From Ylistrum balloti (Eukaryota), in contig NW_026782092.1 of assembly GCF_031769215.1 (NCBI RefSeq), positions 620,001-684,000 of the forward strand: a stretch of 64,000 nt of DNA. The letters run 5' to 3'. Shown in pieces: positions 23,183-38,801 of the stretch (position 1 is the first letter of the stretch; every line of letters starts with the position of its first letter). The position numbers and the translations under genes were made by a program. The notes below the pieces were generated by a model. That model made no database searches and was not told where the DNA came from. It saw only the letters and a program-made list of their open reading frames with translations.

Positions 23183-23757
23183 GGTGCCTAATCACAAAGC
23201 TAACCTGAATTGACTCGGGAAGTTTCTAGATTAATCGGTCGTTCTAGAACGTTTTCGATTATTTACAAATGACACATATATCAATTTATTAAATTTTAAT
23301 TTAATTAATTATTCTTTGATGAAAACTAAGACGTTAAAAACAGCTTAATGTCCCTTTCATAATTTTAAGCACCAAAATGAACTGCTTGTATGCAGATGTA
23401 ATATGTCTGACATTAATATGTTAATATGTTTATACAAGTATCATATGGAAATATTCATTGACATATACGATGTATATACTAAACATTAATTACGTAAACT
23501 AATCTTCAATGAATTGAAATTGACTACGTTTAGAAAAACTTCTTTTTGTCAGATTACTTTAATATACTTTAATGTTTCTGCGAAACGTATGATGTAGTAT
23601 GCCCCCTTGAGGTGCCTCATAACAAGGCTGACCTAAATTCATTCGGGAAGTTTCTAGACCAATCGAATCACTGGAACGCTCTCGATTATCTAGATCATTC
23701 AAGAAAGTATACTATAGTAGGGTATATAAACATGGTGCACACAAGCTGTGATCAGAA
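23183..23757 (+). promoter_or_regulatory. HSP70 copy 4 promoter (two HSE modules + TATA)
   Basis: Same motifs as copy 2; TATATAAA at 23723. Confidence 0.87.
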
Positions 23758-23918
23758 TCAGAAAAGAAGTTCGACACTTCTACTTGGAATACACACACAG
23801 CGGACTTAATACACGGTAGTGTGTATATATATCCAGCCTTTAGCGAGCGAGGGAGTGATCGACACGCAATACCTAAACAACAATAACTCTACTTTCGATT
23901 TGACATTTGAAGACGAAT

Positions 23919-25859
23919 ATGGCAGGCTCACGTAAATCTCCAGCTATTGGAATTGACCTCGGCACCACATATTCCTGTGTCGGAGTATTCCAACATGGGA
24001 AGGTGGAGATTATTGCCAACGACCAGGGAAACAGGACCACGCCTAGTTACGTGGCCTTTACGGACACGGAGAGACTGATCGGAGACGCTGCCAAGGGCCA
24101 AGTAGCAATGAACCCACAGAACACTATCTTTGATGCAAAACGTCTAATTGGTCGGAAATACGATGACCATAATGTCCAGTCGGACATGAAACACTGGCCA
24201 TTTACGGTGGTCAGTAGCTCCGGTAAACCAAAGATTCAGGTGAACAGCAAATGCGACACCAAGCAGTTTACACCAGAGGAAATCAGCTCCATGGTGCTTA
24301 CTAAAATGAAGGAGACGGCTGAAGCTTTCCTTGGTGAAAAGGTCAAGGATGCTGTGATCACTGTACCAGCCTACTTCAATGACTCCCAGAGACAGGCGAC
24401 AAAGGACGCTGGGATCATCGCCGGACTGAACGTCCTGCGAATTGTCAATGAACCAACGGCTGCTGCGCTGGCCTATGGACTAGACAAGAACCTCAAAGAC
24501 GAGAAAAATGTCCTCATCTTTGATTTGGGAGGAGGAACATTTGATGTGTCCATTTTGACGATCGACGAAGGATCGATATTCGAGGTTAAAGCTACTGCTG
24601 GTGACACACATTTAGGTGGAGAAGATTTCGACAACAGAGTTGTGAACCATTTCGTACAGGAGTTTAAACGGAAATATGGAAAAGACTTGAGTAAGAACAG
24701 CAGGGCTTTACGAAGGCTTCGCACCGCATGTGAACGTGCCAAACGAACCCTTTCGAGCAGCAGCGAAGCAAGTATAGAAATCGACTCTCTGTTTGAGGGA
24801 ATCGATTTCTACAGTAAACTCACCAGAGCTAGATTTGAGGACTTGTGTTCTGATCTTTTCCGTGCTACTCTAGAGCCTGTGGAAAAGGCACTTCGTGATG
24901 CTAAGATGGACAAATCGAAAATCCACGAGATTGTCTTAGTTGGCGGATCTACACGTATACCAAAGATCCAAAAGATGCTCGAAGATTTCATGAACGGAAA
25001 ACAGCTCAACAAATCCATCAATCCTGACGAAGCTGTAGCGTATGGTGCTGCAGTTCAAGCTGCCGTTCTTACCGGCGACAGCAGTGACGTCATCAAGGAC
25101 GTCCTTCTGGTGGACGTGGCTCCACTGTCCCTCGGAATAGAAACAGCTGGAGGTGTGATGACCAAACTGATCGAAAGGAACACTAGAATTCCCACGAAAA
25201 CATCTCAAACGTTTACTACGTATTCTGATAACCAGCCCGGTGTCAGTATCCAGGTGTTCGAGGGAGAACGAGTCATGACAAAGGACAATAATCAACTGGG
25301 AAGGTTTGAACTAAACGGCATCCCACCTGCACCCAGAGGTGTTCCACAAATCGAGGTCCAATTCGACATCGATGCTAATGGAATCCTCAATGTGTCGGCT
25401 GAGGATAAAAGTACTGGGAAATCCAACAAAATCACCATCACAAACGACAGGGGACGTTTGAGTAAAGAAGACATTGAGAAAATGGTAGCCGACGCAGAAA
25501 AATACAAAGATGAGGACGAGAAACAGAGGAAAAGAGTTTCTGCCAGAAATCAGCTGGAGAACTACATTTTCAGTGTCAAACAGGCGATGGAAAATGTTGG
25601 TGACAAACTTTCATCAGAGGAAAAATCCACTGTGTGTCAGGGATGTGAGGACAATTTGAAGTGGTTGGACAGTAACACTATGGCGGACGTGGAGGAATAC
25701 GAATATAAACTAAAGGAATTTCAAAAACTGTGTTCACCTATCATGACGAAACTTCACGGGAGTTCACCACAGTCAAATGGCGGGGCACCCAGTGGAGGTT
25801 GTGGTAGAGAAGCACAAGGAGGGTCAAGTACTGGCCCGACGGTAGAGGAAGTGTACTGA
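23919..25859 (+). CDS. hsp70: Heat shock protein 70, copy 4
   Basis: Intact 646-aa ORF, protein identical to copy 3. Confidence 0.98.
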   Translation: MAGSRKSPAIGIDLGTTYSCVGVFQHGKVEIIANDQGNRTTPSYVAFTDTERLIGDAAKGQVAMNPQNTIFDAKRLIGRKYDDHNVQSDMKHWPFTVVSSSGKPKIQVNSKCDTKQFTPEEISSMVLTKMKETAEAFLGEKVKDAVITVPAYFNDSQRQATKDAGIIAGLNVLRIVNEPTAAALAYGLDKNLKDEKNVLIFDLGGGTFDVSILTIDEGSIFEVKATAGDTHLGGEDFDNRVVNHFVQEFKRKYGKDLSKNSRALRRLRTACERAKRTLSSSSEASIEIDSLFEGIDFYSKLTRARFEDLCSDLFRATLEPVEKALRDAKMDKSKIHEIVLVGGSTRIPKIQKMLEDFMNGKQLNKSINPDEAVAYGAAVQAAVLTGDSSDVIKDVLLVDVAPLSLGIETAGGVMTKLIERNTRIPTKTSQTFTTYSDNQPGVSIQVFEGERVMTKDNNQLGRFELNGIPPAPRGVPQIEVQFDIDANGILNVSAEDKSTGKSNKITITNDRGRLSKEDIEKMVADAEKYKDEDEKQRKRVSARNQLENYIFSVKQAMENVGDKLSSEEKSTVCQGCEDNLKWLDSNTMADVEEYEYKLKEFQKLCSPIMTKLHGSSPQSNGGAPSGGCGREAQGGSSTGPTVEEVY

Positions 25860-26820
25860 TCATTTTGCTATTGCTAGTCATTGTAAATTGAAAAGGACAA
25901 TCTTGAATATTATATTACCATGTATTTGATTTTTATATGTGTGTTTTACATATACAACGAGGACATTATGTGATAGTTTATTATTTTAATGGTATTCTAT
26001 GTGCAATTAAATTGTGATGTACAGTCAACAAATGTTGATAGATCTTGTTTGAATGAATCATACTCTGTTTAAGCAGTTATTTTTGTCGTTTTTATATTGT
26101 TATTCAATAAAATTGTTAAAATAAATATCAGGTTTTTCTTGTTTTTCTGTATTACATATAATGTCTTATACAACTGAGTCCTATTGAATTCGATATGAAA
26201 TAAAAAAAAAAAAACAACAACATCTTATTCTATTACAAACATAGGAAGGGAAACGCCGGAGTAACGTGGTGTGAATAAGAGTGTAAAAAAATACACACAT
26301 TGAAATCAACCAGTCGGCCATTCATCCAGCGTTTCATCTCTAGGACTCTCGCAACTAAATTAGCCAATGAGCGTCTTAGATTATGTTTCATCTAATTGCA
26401 ATCCTTATTTAAATTCATATTTGGTAAAAAAGTGTGCTCTGTTGAGGTTTTCAATTGATTATAGACGAGAGATGAAAGAGGTTCTAAGAAGTATTTGATT
26501 TCATGAAAATGTAAAGTTTTTATTTTTCAATATTTGTGAGCGGACTTAGACAGGTGTAAAACAAACACCAAGAATATACCAGCATGACAACATAATTATA
26601 ATTCAAAATCTACTTCCATTAAACTAGGGCAAAATATGAACAAAATAAATATTTTTAACGGAGACTTAAAAGACTGAGACTGAAAAAGCACAAGGAGAAT
26701 AAGGCCAGGTGTTCCAGAGGAGTAAGTGTCTAGTAAACCTTGGTCAATTCAATTAAATAAAGTTACATTCTCAAATGAGAACTAGGTATACAACAACGGA
26801 ACCAACAGGCAAACTAACGC

Positions 26821-27741
26821 TCTTCTATCCTGGAGTGAATTGAAAAGTGATGATCATCAGTCTGATATTTTGAATTATGTCACCGGAAAGCATTTTAAAA
26901 ATATTTAAATTATGACGAAAAGGGATTTAAAACAATTAGGGATTTTCTAGATGAAAATTTACTATTTTTACCATTTAATCAAATAAAAGAAGTCTGTCAT
27001 AATCTAAATTTTCTGCAATATTTTGCCTTCATTAATAAAATACCAAAGGAAACAACTGAATCCATACGAATCACAGATAACAATGATGGAGATCTAGAGA
27101 CACATCTACACAAGCTACTAACTAGAACAGACCATAAATACATTTACCACTCCGTGTTACAAAAGCAAAAATACTACCCTGCATCTAAACAAAGAGAAAT
27201 GGAAAAGAGATCTGGGCATAAATAATGAAAATACCTTAAACTGGGGAAAAATATATACACTGTAGTGTTTGTTTTTAAAACATGTCCAGATACAAAAACT
27301 ACAAAATTTTCAATTTAAACTCTTACATAGAATTTTAACCACAAATAAATTTCTATACAGAATTAAAATTGTAAGAGGTGAAAATTGTACTTTCTGTGAA
27401 AAAGAACAAGAATCTTTAACACACCTCTTTTATCAATGTGAAAACGTATATACATCATGGGAAGATTTAAAACAGTGGTTAAACAACATGCAAAAAATAT
27501 CGCAATTTATGAATGGGACATAAAGGGAATTTTAATTTATTATAATGATTTTATTTTGATTAATCACTTGATATTAATAACAAAATAGTATATATACACT
27601 TGTCGCTTTAGGAATGTAAAACCATCCTTCCCATGGCTTAAATCTGTAATCTCTGTACAGTAGGAAGTTGAACGGAAAATTGCCTTTGAAAACAAATCTT
27701 TTATCAATTTTGAGGCTAAGTGGTCTCCCCTTGACATTTAA
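26821..27741 (+). mobile_element. Decayed Tx1/L1-clade LINE fragment (short unit 4-5)
   Basis: 3' part only; the 5' part is removed by the short-unit deletion. Confidence 0.83.
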
Positions 27742-28389
27742 GTCGGGTCATCTTCTTTTAATATCCAGAATACAGAATAATCCCTCCTGACAACCTTTTC
27801 ATAGTCTCATGAGTCTGATACGTATACCCTGTTTCAAACTTACTAAGATTTCTTTATGCATATAATATTAGTAAAAAAAGCCCTTATATATAACACTGAG
27901 TTTTTTTCCCTTTTTTTTCTTTGTTATTCTTGTCATGTATCTATCTGTGTCTATATATATATATATAACTATATATGTTTGTAAATCACATCTACATATG
28001 AGTTATTTTTAACATTTCATGTGACTATCAGTAGGTAATTTGCCAGTAATTATAATGATATAATATTCTACATGAATTGATACCTGATATTGAGTTTAAG
28101 ATTTTTTGCAGACCATGCATACCACTCGTACTTGTTTCTTTGATATATTAAATGTAATATTTGTCTCTGTCTAAAACCTAGCAGGAAGCCTGGACCTGTT
28201 GGGTGTTTATGTATGCAGGTATGTTTTGTTTTGTGGTGTCAATGACAAAAAGACATTATTTGACATTATACCTCATGAATCAATTACAAATTAAGGAAAC
28301 CTCACGTATTTTATCTTTTGATCATAACTACTGTCTCAAGTGTCAATATTATGGTATTATACGATAAACGTGCAGATTTGCATCCTTAG

Positions 28390-28964
28390 GGTGCCTAATC
28401 ACAAAGCTAACCTGAATTGACTCGGGAAGTTTCTAGATTAATCGGTCGTTCTAGAACGTTTTCGATTATTTACAAATGACACATATATCAATTTATTAAA
28501 TTTTAATTTAATTAATTATTCTTTGATGAAAACTAAGACGTTAAAAACAGCTTAATGTCCCTTTCATAATTTTAAGCACCAAAATGAACTGCTTGTATGC
28601 AGATGTAATATGTCTGACATTAATATGTTAATATGTTTATACAAGTATCATATGGAAATATTCATTGACATATACGATGTATATACTAAACATTAATTAC
28701 GTAAACTAATCTTCAATGAATTGAAATTGACTACGTTTAGAAAAACTTCTTTTTGTCAGATTACTTTAATATACTTTAATGTTTCTGCGAAACGTATGAT
28801 GTAGTATGCCCCCTTGAGGTGCCTCATAACAAGGCTGACCTAAATTCATTCGGGAAGTTTCTAGACCAATCGAATCACTGGAACGCTCTCGATTATCTAG
28901 ATCATTCAAGAAAGTATACTATAGTAGGGTATATAAACATGGTGCACACAAGCTGTGATCAGAA
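28390..28964 (+). promoter_or_regulatory. HSP70 copy 5 promoter (two HSE modules + TATA)
   Basis: Same motifs as copy 2; TATATAAA at 28930. Confidence 0.87.
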
Positions 28965-29125
28965 TCAGAAAAGAAGTTCGACACTTCTACTTGGAATACA
29001 CACACAGCGGACTTAATACACGGTAGTGTGTATATATATCCAGCCTTTAGCGAGCGAGGGAGTGATCGACACGCAATACCTAAACAACAATAACTCTACT
29101 TTCGATTTGACATTTGAAGACGAAT

Positions 29126-31066
29126 ATGGCAGGCTCACGTAAATCTCCAGCTATTGGAATTGACCTCGGCACCACATATTCCTGTGTCGGAGTATTCCAA
29201 CATGGGAAGGTGGAGATTATTGCCAACGACCAGGGAAACAGGACCACGCCTAGTTACGTGGCCTTTACGGACACGGAGAGACTGATCGGAGACGCTGCCA
29301 AGGGCCAAGTAGCAATGAACCCACAGAACACTATCTTTGATGCAAAACGTCTAATTGGTCGGAAATACGATGACCATAATGTCCAGTCGGACATGAAACA
29401 CTGGCCATTTACGGTGGTCAGTAGCTCCGGTAAACCAAAGATTCAGGTGAACAGCAAATGCGACACCAAGCAGTTTACACCAGAGGAAATCAGCTCCATG
29501 GTGCTTACTAAAATGAAGGAGACGGCTGAAGCTTTCCTTGGTGAAAAGGTCAAGGATGCTGTGATCACTGTACCAGCCTACTTCAATGACTCCCAGAGAC
29601 AGGCGACAAAGGACGCTGGGATCATCGCCGGACTGAACGTCCTGCGAATTGTCAATGAACCAACGGCTGCTGCGCTGGCCTATGGACTAGACAAGAACCT
29701 CAAAGACGAGAAAAATGTCCTCATCTTTGATTTGGGAGGAGGAACATTTGATGTGTCCATTTTGACGATCGACGAAGGATCGATATTCGAGGTTAAAGCT
29801 ACTGCTGGTGACACACATTTAGGTGGAGAAGATTTCGACAACAGAGTTGTGAACCATTTCGTACAGGAGTTTAAACGGAAATATGGAAAAGACTTGAGTA
29901 AGAACAGCAGGGCTTTACGAAGGCTTCGCACCGCATGTGAACGTGCCAAACGAACCCTTTCGAGCAGCAGCGAAGCAAGTATAGAAATCGACTCTCTGTT
30001 TGAGGGAATCGATTTCTACAGTAAACTCACCAGAGCTAGATTTGAGGACTTGTGTTCTGATCTTTTCCGTGCTACTCTAGAGCCTGTGGAAAAGGCACTT
30101 CGTGATGCTAAGATGGACAAATCGAAAATCCACGAGATTGTCTTAGTTGGCGGATCTACACGTATACCAAAGATCCAAAAGATGCTCGAAGATTTCATGA
30201 ACGGAAAACAGCTCAACAAATCCATCAATCCTGACGAAGCTGTAGCGTATGGTGCTGCAGTTCAAGCTGCCGTTCTTACCGGCGACAGCAGTGACGTCAT
30301 CAAGGACGTCCTTCTGGTGGACGTGGCTCCACTGTCCCTCGGAATAGAAACAGCTGGAGGTGTGATGACCAAACTGATCGAAAGGAACACTAGAATTCCC
30401 ACGAAAACATCTCAAACGTTTACTACGTATTCTGATAACCAGCCCGGTGTCAGTATCCAGGTGTTCGAGGGAGAACGAGTCATGACAAAGGACAATAATC
30501 AACTGGGAAGGTTTGAACTAAACGGCATCCCACCTGCACCCAGAGGTGTTCCACAAATCGAGGTCCAATTCGACATCGATGCTAATGGAATCCTCAATGT
30601 GTCGGCTGAGGATAAAAGTACTGGGAAATCCAACAAAATCACCATCACAAACGACAGGGGACGTTTGAGTAAAGAAGACATTGAGAAAATGGTAGCCGAC
30701 GCAGAAAAATACAAAGATGAGGACGAGAAACAGAGGAAAAGAGTTTCTGCCAGAAATCAGCTGGAGAACTACATTTTCAGTGTCAAACAGGCGATGGAAA
30801 ATGTTGGTGACAAACTTTCATCAGAGGAAAAATCCACTGTGTGTCAGGGATGTGAGGACAATTTGAAGTGGTTGGACAGTAACACTATGGCGGACGTGGA
30901 GGAATACGAATATAAACTAAAGGAATTTCAAAAACTGTGTTCACCTATCATGACGAAACTTCACGGGAGTTCACCACAGTCAAATGGCGGGGCACCCAGT
31001 GGAGGTTGTGGTAGAGAAGCACAAGGAGGGTCAAGTACTGGCCCGACGGTAGAGGAAGTGTACTGA
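29126..31066 (+). CDS. hsp70: Heat shock protein 70, copy 5
   Basis: Intact 646-aa ORF, protein identical to copy 3. Confidence 0.98.
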   Translation: MAGSRKSPAIGIDLGTTYSCVGVFQHGKVEIIANDQGNRTTPSYVAFTDTERLIGDAAKGQVAMNPQNTIFDAKRLIGRKYDDHNVQSDMKHWPFTVVSSSGKPKIQVNSKCDTKQFTPEEISSMVLTKMKETAEAFLGEKVKDAVITVPAYFNDSQRQATKDAGIIAGLNVLRIVNEPTAAALAYGLDKNLKDEKNVLIFDLGGGTFDVSILTIDEGSIFEVKATAGDTHLGGEDFDNRVVNHFVQEFKRKYGKDLSKNSRALRRLRTACERAKRTLSSSSEASIEIDSLFEGIDFYSKLTRARFEDLCSDLFRATLEPVEKALRDAKMDKSKIHEIVLVGGSTRIPKIQKMLEDFMNGKQLNKSINPDEAVAYGAAVQAAVLTGDSSDVIKDVLLVDVAPLSLGIETAGGVMTKLIERNTRIPTKTSQTFTTYSDNQPGVSIQVFEGERVMTKDNNQLGRFELNGIPPAPRGVPQIEVQFDIDANGILNVSAEDKSTGKSNKITITNDRGRLSKEDIEKMVADAEKYKDEDEKQRKRVSARNQLENYIFSVKQAMENVGDKLSSEEKSTVCQGCEDNLKWLDSNTMADVEEYEYKLKEFQKLCSPIMTKLHGSSPQSNGGAPSGGCGREAQGGSSTGPTVEEVY

Positions 31067-32025
31067 TCATTTTGCTATTGCTAGTCATTGTAAATTGAAA
31101 AGGACAATCTTGAATATTATATTACCATGTATTTGATTTTTATATGTGTGTTTTACATATACAACGAGGACATTATGTGATAGTTTATTATTTTAATGGT
31201 ATTCTATGTGCAATTAAATTGTGATGTACAGTCAACAAATGTTGATAGATCTTGTTTGAATGAATCATACTCTGTTTAAGCAGTTATTTTTGTCGTTTTT
31301 ATATTGTTATTCAATAAAATTGTTAAAATAAATATCAGGTTTTTCTTGTTTTTCTGTATTACATATAATGTCTTATACAACTGAGTCCTATTGAATTCGA
31401 TATGAAATAAAAAAAAAACAACAACATCTTATTCTATTACAAACATAGGAAGGGAAACGCCGGAGTAACGTGGTGTGAATAAGAGTGTAAAAAAATACAC
31501 ACATTGAAATCAACCAGTCGGCCATTCATCCAGCGTTTCATCTCTAGGACTCTCGCAACTAAATTAGCCAATGAGCGTCTTAGATTATGTTTCATCTAAT
31601 TGCAATCCTTATTTAAATTCATATTTGGTAAAAAAGTGTGCTCTGTTGAGGTTTTCAATTGATTATAGACGAGAGATGAAAGAGGTTCTAAGAAGTATTT
31701 GATTTCATGAAAATGTAAAGTTTTAATATTTTTCAATATTTGTGAGCGGACTTAGACAGGTGTAAAACAAACACCAAGAATATACCAACATGACAACATA
31801 ATTATAATTCAAAATCTACTTCCATTAAACTAGGGCAAAATATGAACAAAATAAATATTTTTAACGGAGACTTAAAAGACTGAGACTGAAAAAGCACAAG
31901 GAGAATAAGGCCAGGTGTTCCAGAGGAGTAAGTGTCTAGTAAACCTTGGTCAATTCAATTAAATAAAGTTACATTCTCAAATGAGAACTAGGTATACAAC
32001 AACGGAACCAACAGGCAAACTAACG

Positions 32026-32947
32026 TTCTTCTATCCTGGAGTGAATTGAAAAGTGATGATCATCAGTCTGATATTTTAAATTATGTCACCATAAAGCATT
32101 TTAAAAATATTTAAATTATGACGAAAAGGGATTTAAAACAATTAGGGATTTTCTAGATGAAAATTTACTATTTTTACCATTTAATCAAATAAAAGAAGTC
32201 TGTCATAATCTAAATTTTCTGCAATATTTTGCCTTCATTAATAAAATACCAAAGGAAACAACTGAATCCATACGAATCACAGATAACAATGATGGAGATC
32301 TAGAGACACATCTACACAAGCTACTAACTAGAACAGACCATAAATACATTTACCACTCCGTGTTACAAAAGCAAAAATACTACCCTGCATCTAAACAAAG
32401 AGAAATGGAAAAGAGATCTGGGCATAAATAATGAAAATACCTTAAACTGGGGAAAAATATATACACTGTAGTGTTTGTTTTTAAAACATGTCCAGATACA
32501 AAAACTACAAAATTTTCAATTTAAACTCTTACATAGAATTTTAACCACAAATAAATTTCTATACAGAATTAAAATTGTAAGAGGTGAAAATTGTACTTTC
32601 TGTGAAAAAGAACAAGAATCTTTAACACACCTCTTTTATCAATGTGAAAACGTATATACATCATGGGAAGATTTAAAACAGTGGTTAAACAACATGCAAA
32701 AAATATCGCAATTTATGAATGGGACATAAAGGGAATTTTAATTTATTATAATGATTTTATTTTGATTAATCACTTGATATTAATAACAAAATAGTATATA
32801 TACACTTGTCGCTTTAGGAATGTAAAACCATCCTTCCCATGGCTTAAATCTGTAATCTCTGTACAGTAGGAAGTTGAACGGAAAATTGCCTTTGAAAACA
32901 AATCTTTTATCAATTTTGAGGCTAAGTGGTCTCCCCTTGACATTTAA
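32026..32947 (+). mobile_element. Decayed Tx1/L1-clade LINE fragment (short unit 5-6)
   Basis: As 26821-27741. Confidence 0.83.
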
Positions 32948-33595
32948 GTCGGGTCATCTTCTTTTAATATCCAGAATACAGAATAATCCCTCCTGACAAC
33001 CTTTTCATAGTCTCATGAGTCTGATACGTATACCCTGTTTCAAACTTACTAAGATTTCTTTATGCATATAATATTAGTAAAAAAAGCCCTTATATATAAC
33101 ACTGAGTTTTTTTCCCTTTTTTTTCTTTGTTATTCTTGTCATGTATCTATCTGTGTCTATATATATATATATAACTATATATGTTTGTAAATCACATCTA
33201 CATATGAGTTATTTTTAACATTTCATGTGACTATCAGTAGGTAATTTGCCAGTAATTATAATGATATAATATTCTACATGAATTGATACCTGATATTGAG
33301 TTTAAGATTTTTTGCAGACCATGCATACCACTCGTACTTGTTTCTTTGATATATTAAATGTAATATTTGTCTCTGTCTAAAACCTAGCAGGAAGCCTGGA
33401 CCTGTTGGGTGTTTATGTATGCAGGTATGTTTTGTTTTGTGGTGTCAATGACAAAAAGACATTATTTGACATTATACCTCATGAATCAATTACAAATTAA
33501 GGAAACCTCACGTATTTTATCTTTTGATCATAACTACTGTCTCAAGTGTCAATATTATGGTATTATACGATAAACGTGCAGATTTGCATCCTTAG

Positions 33596-34170
33596 GGTGC
33601 CTAATCACAAAGCTAACCTGAATTGACTCGGGAAGTTTCTAGATTAATCGGTCGTTCTAGAACGTTTTCGATTATTTACAAATGACACATATATCAATTT
33701 ATTAAATTTTAATTTAATTAATTATTCTTTGATGAAAACTAAGACGTTAAAAACAGCTTAATGTCCCTTTCATAATTTTAAGCACCAAAATGAACTGCTT
33801 GTATGCAGATGTAATATGTCTGACATTAATATGTTAATATGTTTATACAAGTATCATATCGAAATATTCATTGACATATACGATGTATATACTAAACATT
33901 AATTACGTAAACTAATCTTCAATGAATTGAAATTGACTACGTTTAGAAAAACTTCTTTTTGTCAGATTACTTTAATATACTTTAATGTTTCTGCGAAACG
34001 TATGATGTAGTATGCCCCCTTGAGGTGCCTCATAACAAGGCTGACCTAAATTCATTCGGGAAGTTTCTAGACCAATCGAATCACTGGAACGCTCTCGATT
34101 ATCTAGATCATTCAAGAAAGTATACTATAGTAGGGTATATAAACATGGTGCACACAAGCTGTGATCAGAA
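33596..34170 (+). promoter_or_regulatory. HSP70 copy 6 promoter (two HSE modules + TATA)
   Basis: Same motifs as copy 2; TATATAAA at 34136. Confidence 0.87.
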
Positions 34171-34331
34171 TCAGAAAAGAAGTTCGACACTTCTACTTGG
34201 AATACACACACAGCGGACTTAATACACGGTAGTGTGTATATATATCCAGCCTTTAGCGAGCGAGGGAGTGATCGACACGCAATACCTAAACAACAATAAC
34301 TCTACTTTCGATTTGACATTTGAAGACGAAT

Positions 34332-36272
34332 ATGGCAGGCTCACGTAAATCTCCAGCTATTGGAATTGACCTCGGCACCACATATTCCTGTGTCGGAGTA
34401 TTCCAACATGGGAAGGTGGAGATTATTGCCAACGACCAGGGAAACAGGACCACGCCTAGTTACGTGGCCTTTACGGACACGGAGAGACTGATCGGAGACG
34501 CTGCCAAGGGCCAAGTAGCAATGAACCCACAGAACACTATCTTTGATGCAAAACGTCTAATTGGTCGGAAATACGATGACCATAATGTCCAGTCGGACAT
34601 GAAACACTGGCCATTTACGGTGGTCAGTAGCTCCGGTAAACCAAAGATTCAGGTGAACAGCAAATGCGACACCAAGCAGTTTACACCAGAGGAAATCAGC
34701 TCCATGGTGCTTACTAAAATGAAGGAGACGGCTGAAGCTTTCCTTGGTGAAAAGGTCAAGGATGCTGTGATCACTGTACCAGCCTACTTCAATGACTCCC
34801 AGAGACAGGCGACAAAGGACGCTGGGATCATCGCCGGACTGAACGTCCTGCGAATTGTCAATGAACCAACGGCTGCTGCGCTGGCCTATGGACTAGACAA
34901 GAACCTCAAAGACGAGAAAAATGTCCTCATCTTTGATTTGGGAGGAGGAACATTTGATGTGTCCATTTTGACGATCGACGAAGGATCGATATTCGAGGTT
35001 AAAGCTACTGCTGGTGACACACATTTAGGTGGAGAAGATTTCGACAACAGAGTTGTGAACCATTTCGTACAGGAGTTTAAACGGAAATATGGAAAAGACT
35101 TGAGTAAGAACAGCAGGGCTTTACGAAGGCTTCGCACCGCATGTGAACGTGCCAAACGAACCCTTTCGAGCAGCAGCGAAGCAAGTATAGAAATCGACTC
35201 TCTGTTTGAGGGAATCGATTTCTACAGTAAACTCACCAGAGCTAGATTTGAGGACTTGTGTTCTGATCTTTTCCGTGCTACTCTAGAGCCTGTGGAAAAG
35301 GCACTTCGTGATGCTAAGATGGACAAATCGAAAATCCACGAGATTGTCTTAGTTGGCGGATCTACACGTATACCAAAGATCCAAAAGATGCTCGAAGATT
35401 TCATGAACGGAAAACAGCTCAACAAATCCATCAATCCTGACGAAGCTGTAGCGTATGGTGCTGCAGTTCAAGCTGCCGTTCTTACCGGCGACAGCAGTGA
35501 CGTCATCAAGGACGTCCTTCTGGTGGACGTGGCTCCACTGTCTCTCGGAATAGAAACAGCTGGAGGTGTGATGACCAAACTGATCGAAAGGAACACTAGA
35601 ATTCCCACGAAAACATCTCAAACGTTTACTACGTATTCTGATAACCAGCCCGGTGTCAGTATCCAGGTGTTCGAGGGAGAACGAGTCATGACAAAGGACA
35701 ATAATCAACTGGGAAGGTTTGAACTAAACGGCATCCCACCTGCACCCAGAGGTGTTCCACAAATCGAGGTCCAATTCGACATCGATGCTAATGGAATCCT
35801 CAATGTGTCGGCTGAGGATAAAAGTACTGGGAAATCCAACAAAATCACCATCACAAACGACAGGGGACGTTTGAGTAAAGAAGACATTGAGAAAATGGTA
35901 GCCGACGCAGAAAAATACAAAGATGAGGACGAGAAACAGAGGAAAAGAGTTTCTGCCAGAAATCAGCTGGAGAACTACATTTTCAGTGTCAAACAGGCGA
36001 TGGAAAATGTTGGTGACAAACTTTCATCAGAGGAAAAATCCACTGTGTGTCAGGGATGTGAGGACAATTTGAAGTGGTTGGACAGTAACACTATGGCGGA
36101 CGTGGAGGAATACGAATATAAACTAAAGGAATTTCAAAAACTGTGTTCACCTATCATGACGAAACTTCACGGGAGTTCACCACAGTCAAATGGCGGGGCA
36201 CCCAGTGGAGGTTGTGGTAGAGAAGCACAAGGAGGGTCAAGTACTGGCCCGACGGTAGAGGAAGTGTACTGA
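34332..36272 (+). CDS. hsp70: Heat shock protein 70, copy 6
   Basis: Intact 646-aa ORF, protein identical to copy 3. Confidence 0.98.
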   Translation: MAGSRKSPAIGIDLGTTYSCVGVFQHGKVEIIANDQGNRTTPSYVAFTDTERLIGDAAKGQVAMNPQNTIFDAKRLIGRKYDDHNVQSDMKHWPFTVVSSSGKPKIQVNSKCDTKQFTPEEISSMVLTKMKETAEAFLGEKVKDAVITVPAYFNDSQRQATKDAGIIAGLNVLRIVNEPTAAALAYGLDKNLKDEKNVLIFDLGGGTFDVSILTIDEGSIFEVKATAGDTHLGGEDFDNRVVNHFVQEFKRKYGKDLSKNSRALRRLRTACERAKRTLSSSSEASIEIDSLFEGIDFYSKLTRARFEDLCSDLFRATLEPVEKALRDAKMDKSKIHEIVLVGGSTRIPKIQKMLEDFMNGKQLNKSINPDEAVAYGAAVQAAVLTGDSSDVIKDVLLVDVAPLSLGIETAGGVMTKLIERNTRIPTKTSQTFTTYSDNQPGVSIQVFEGERVMTKDNNQLGRFELNGIPPAPRGVPQIEVQFDIDANGILNVSAEDKSTGKSNKITITNDRGRLSKEDIEKMVADAEKYKDEDEKQRKRVSARNQLENYIFSVKQAMENVGDKLSSEEKSTVCQGCEDNLKWLDSNTMADVEEYEYKLKEFQKLCSPIMTKLHGSSPQSNGGAPSGGCGREAQGGSSTGPTVEEVY

Positions 36273-37230
36273 TCATTTTGCTATTGCTAGTCATTGTAAA
36301 TTGAAAAGGACAATCTTGAATATTATATTACCATGTATTTGATTTTTATATGTGTGTTTTACATATACAACGAGGACATTATGTGATAGTTTATTATTTT
36401 AATGGTATTCTATGTGCAATTAAATTGTGATGTACAGTCAACAAATGTTGATAGATCTTGTTTGAATGAATCATACTCTGTTTAAGCAGTTATTTTTGTC
36501 GTTTTTATATTGTTATTCAATAAAATTGTTAAAATAAATATCAGGTTTTTCTTGTTTTTCTGTATTACATATAATGTCTTATACAACTGAGTCCTATTGA
36601 ATTCGATATGAAATAAAAAAAAACAACAACATCTTATTCTATTACAAACATAGGAAGGGAAACGCCGGAGTAACGTGGTGTGAATAAGAGTGTAAAAAAA
36701 TACACACATTGAAATCAACCAGTCGGCCATTCATCCAGCGTTTCATCTCTAGGACTCTCGCAACTAAATTAGCCAATGAGCGTCTTAGATTATGTTTCAT
36801 CTAATTGCAATCCTTATTTAAATTCATATTTGGTAAAAAAGTGTGCTCTGTTGAGGTTTTCAATTGATTATAGACGAGAGATGAAAGAGGTTCTAAGAAG
36901 TATTTGATTTCATGAAAATGTAAAGTTTTAATATTTTTCAATATTTGTGAGCGGACTTAGACAGGTGTAAAACAAACACCAAGAATATACCAACATGACA
37001 ACATAATTATAATTCAAAATCTACTTCCATTAAACTAGGGCAAAATATGAACAAAATAAATATTTTTAACGGAGACTTAAAAGACTGAGACTGAAAAAGC
37101 ACAAGGAGAATAAGGCCAGGTGTTCCAGAGGAGTAAGTGTCTAGTAAACCTTGGTCAATTCAATTAAATAAAGTTACATTCTCAAATGAGAACTAGGTAT
37201 ACAACAACGGAACCAACAGGCAAACTAACG

Positions 37231-38152
37231 TTCTTCTATCCTGGAGTGAATTGAAAAGTGATGATCATCAGTCTGATATTTTAAATTATGTCACCATAAA
37301 GCATTTTAAAAATATTTAAATTATGACGAAAAGGGATTTAAAACAATTAGGGATTTTCTAGATGAAAATTTACTATTTTTACCATTTAATCAAATAAAAG
37401 AAGTCTGTCATAATATAAATTTTCTGCAATATTTTGCCTTCATCAATTAAATACCAAAGGAAACAACTGAATCCATACGAATCACAGATAACAATGATGG
37501 AGATCTAGAGACACATCTACACAAGCTACTAACTAGAACAGACCATAAATACATTTACCACTCCGTGTTACAAAAGCAAAAATACTACCCTGCATCTAAA
37601 CAAAGAGAAATGGAAAAGAGATCTGGGCATAAATAATGAAAATACCTTAAACTGGGGAAAAATATATACACTGTAGTGTTTGTTTTTAAAACATGTCCAG
37701 ATACAAAAACTACAAAATTTTCAATTTAAACTCTTACATAGAATTTTAACCACAAATAAATTTCTATACAGAATTAAAATTGTAAGAGGTGAAAATTGTA
37801 CTTTCTGTGAAAAAGAACAAGACTCTTTAACACACCTCTTTTATCAATGTGAAAACGTATATACATCATGGGAAGATTTAAAACAGTGGTTAAACAACAT
37901 GCAAAAAATATCGCAATTTATGAATGGGACATAAAGGGAATTTTAATTTATTATAATGATTTTATTTTGATTAATCACTTGATATTAATAACAAAATAGT
38001 ATATATACACTTGTCGCTTTAGGAATGTAAAACCATCCTTCCCATGGCTTAAATCTGTAATCTCTGTACAGTAGGAAGTTGAACGGAAAATTGCCTTTGA
38101 AAACAAATCTTTTATCAATTTTGAGGCTAAGTGGTCTCCCCTTGACATTTAA
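37231..38152 (+). mobile_element. Decayed Tx1/L1-clade LINE fragment (short unit 6-7)
   Basis: As 26821-27741. Confidence 0.83.
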
Positions 38153-38801
38153 GTCGGGTCATCTTCTTTTAATATCCAGAATACAGAATAATCCCTCCTG
38201 ACAACCTTTTCATAGTCTCATGAGTCTGATACGTATACCCTGTTTCAAACTTACTAAGATTTCTTTATGCATATAATATTAGTAAAAAAAGCCCTTATAT
38301 ATAACACTGAGTTTTTTTCCCTTTTTTTTTCTTTGTTATTCTTGTCATGTATCTATCTGTGTCTATATATATATATATAACTATATATGTTTGTAAATCA
38401 CATCTACATATGAGTTATTTTTAACATTTCATGTGACTATCAGTAGGTAATTTGCCAGTAATTATAATGATATAATATTCTACATGAATTGATACCTGAT
38501 ATTGAGTTTAAGATTTTTTGCAGACCATGCATACCACTCGTACTTGTTTCTTTGATATATTAAATGTAATATTTGTCTCTGTCTAAAACCTAGCAGGAAG
38601 CCTGGACCTGTTGGGTGTTTATGTATGCAGGTATGTTTTGTTTTGTGGTGTCAATGACAAAAAGACATTATTTGACATTATACCTCATGAATCAATTACA
38701 AATTAAGGAAACCTCACGTATTTTATCTTTTGATCATAACTACTGTCTCAAGTGTCAATATTATGGTATTATACGATAAACGTGCAGATTTGCATCCTTA
38801 G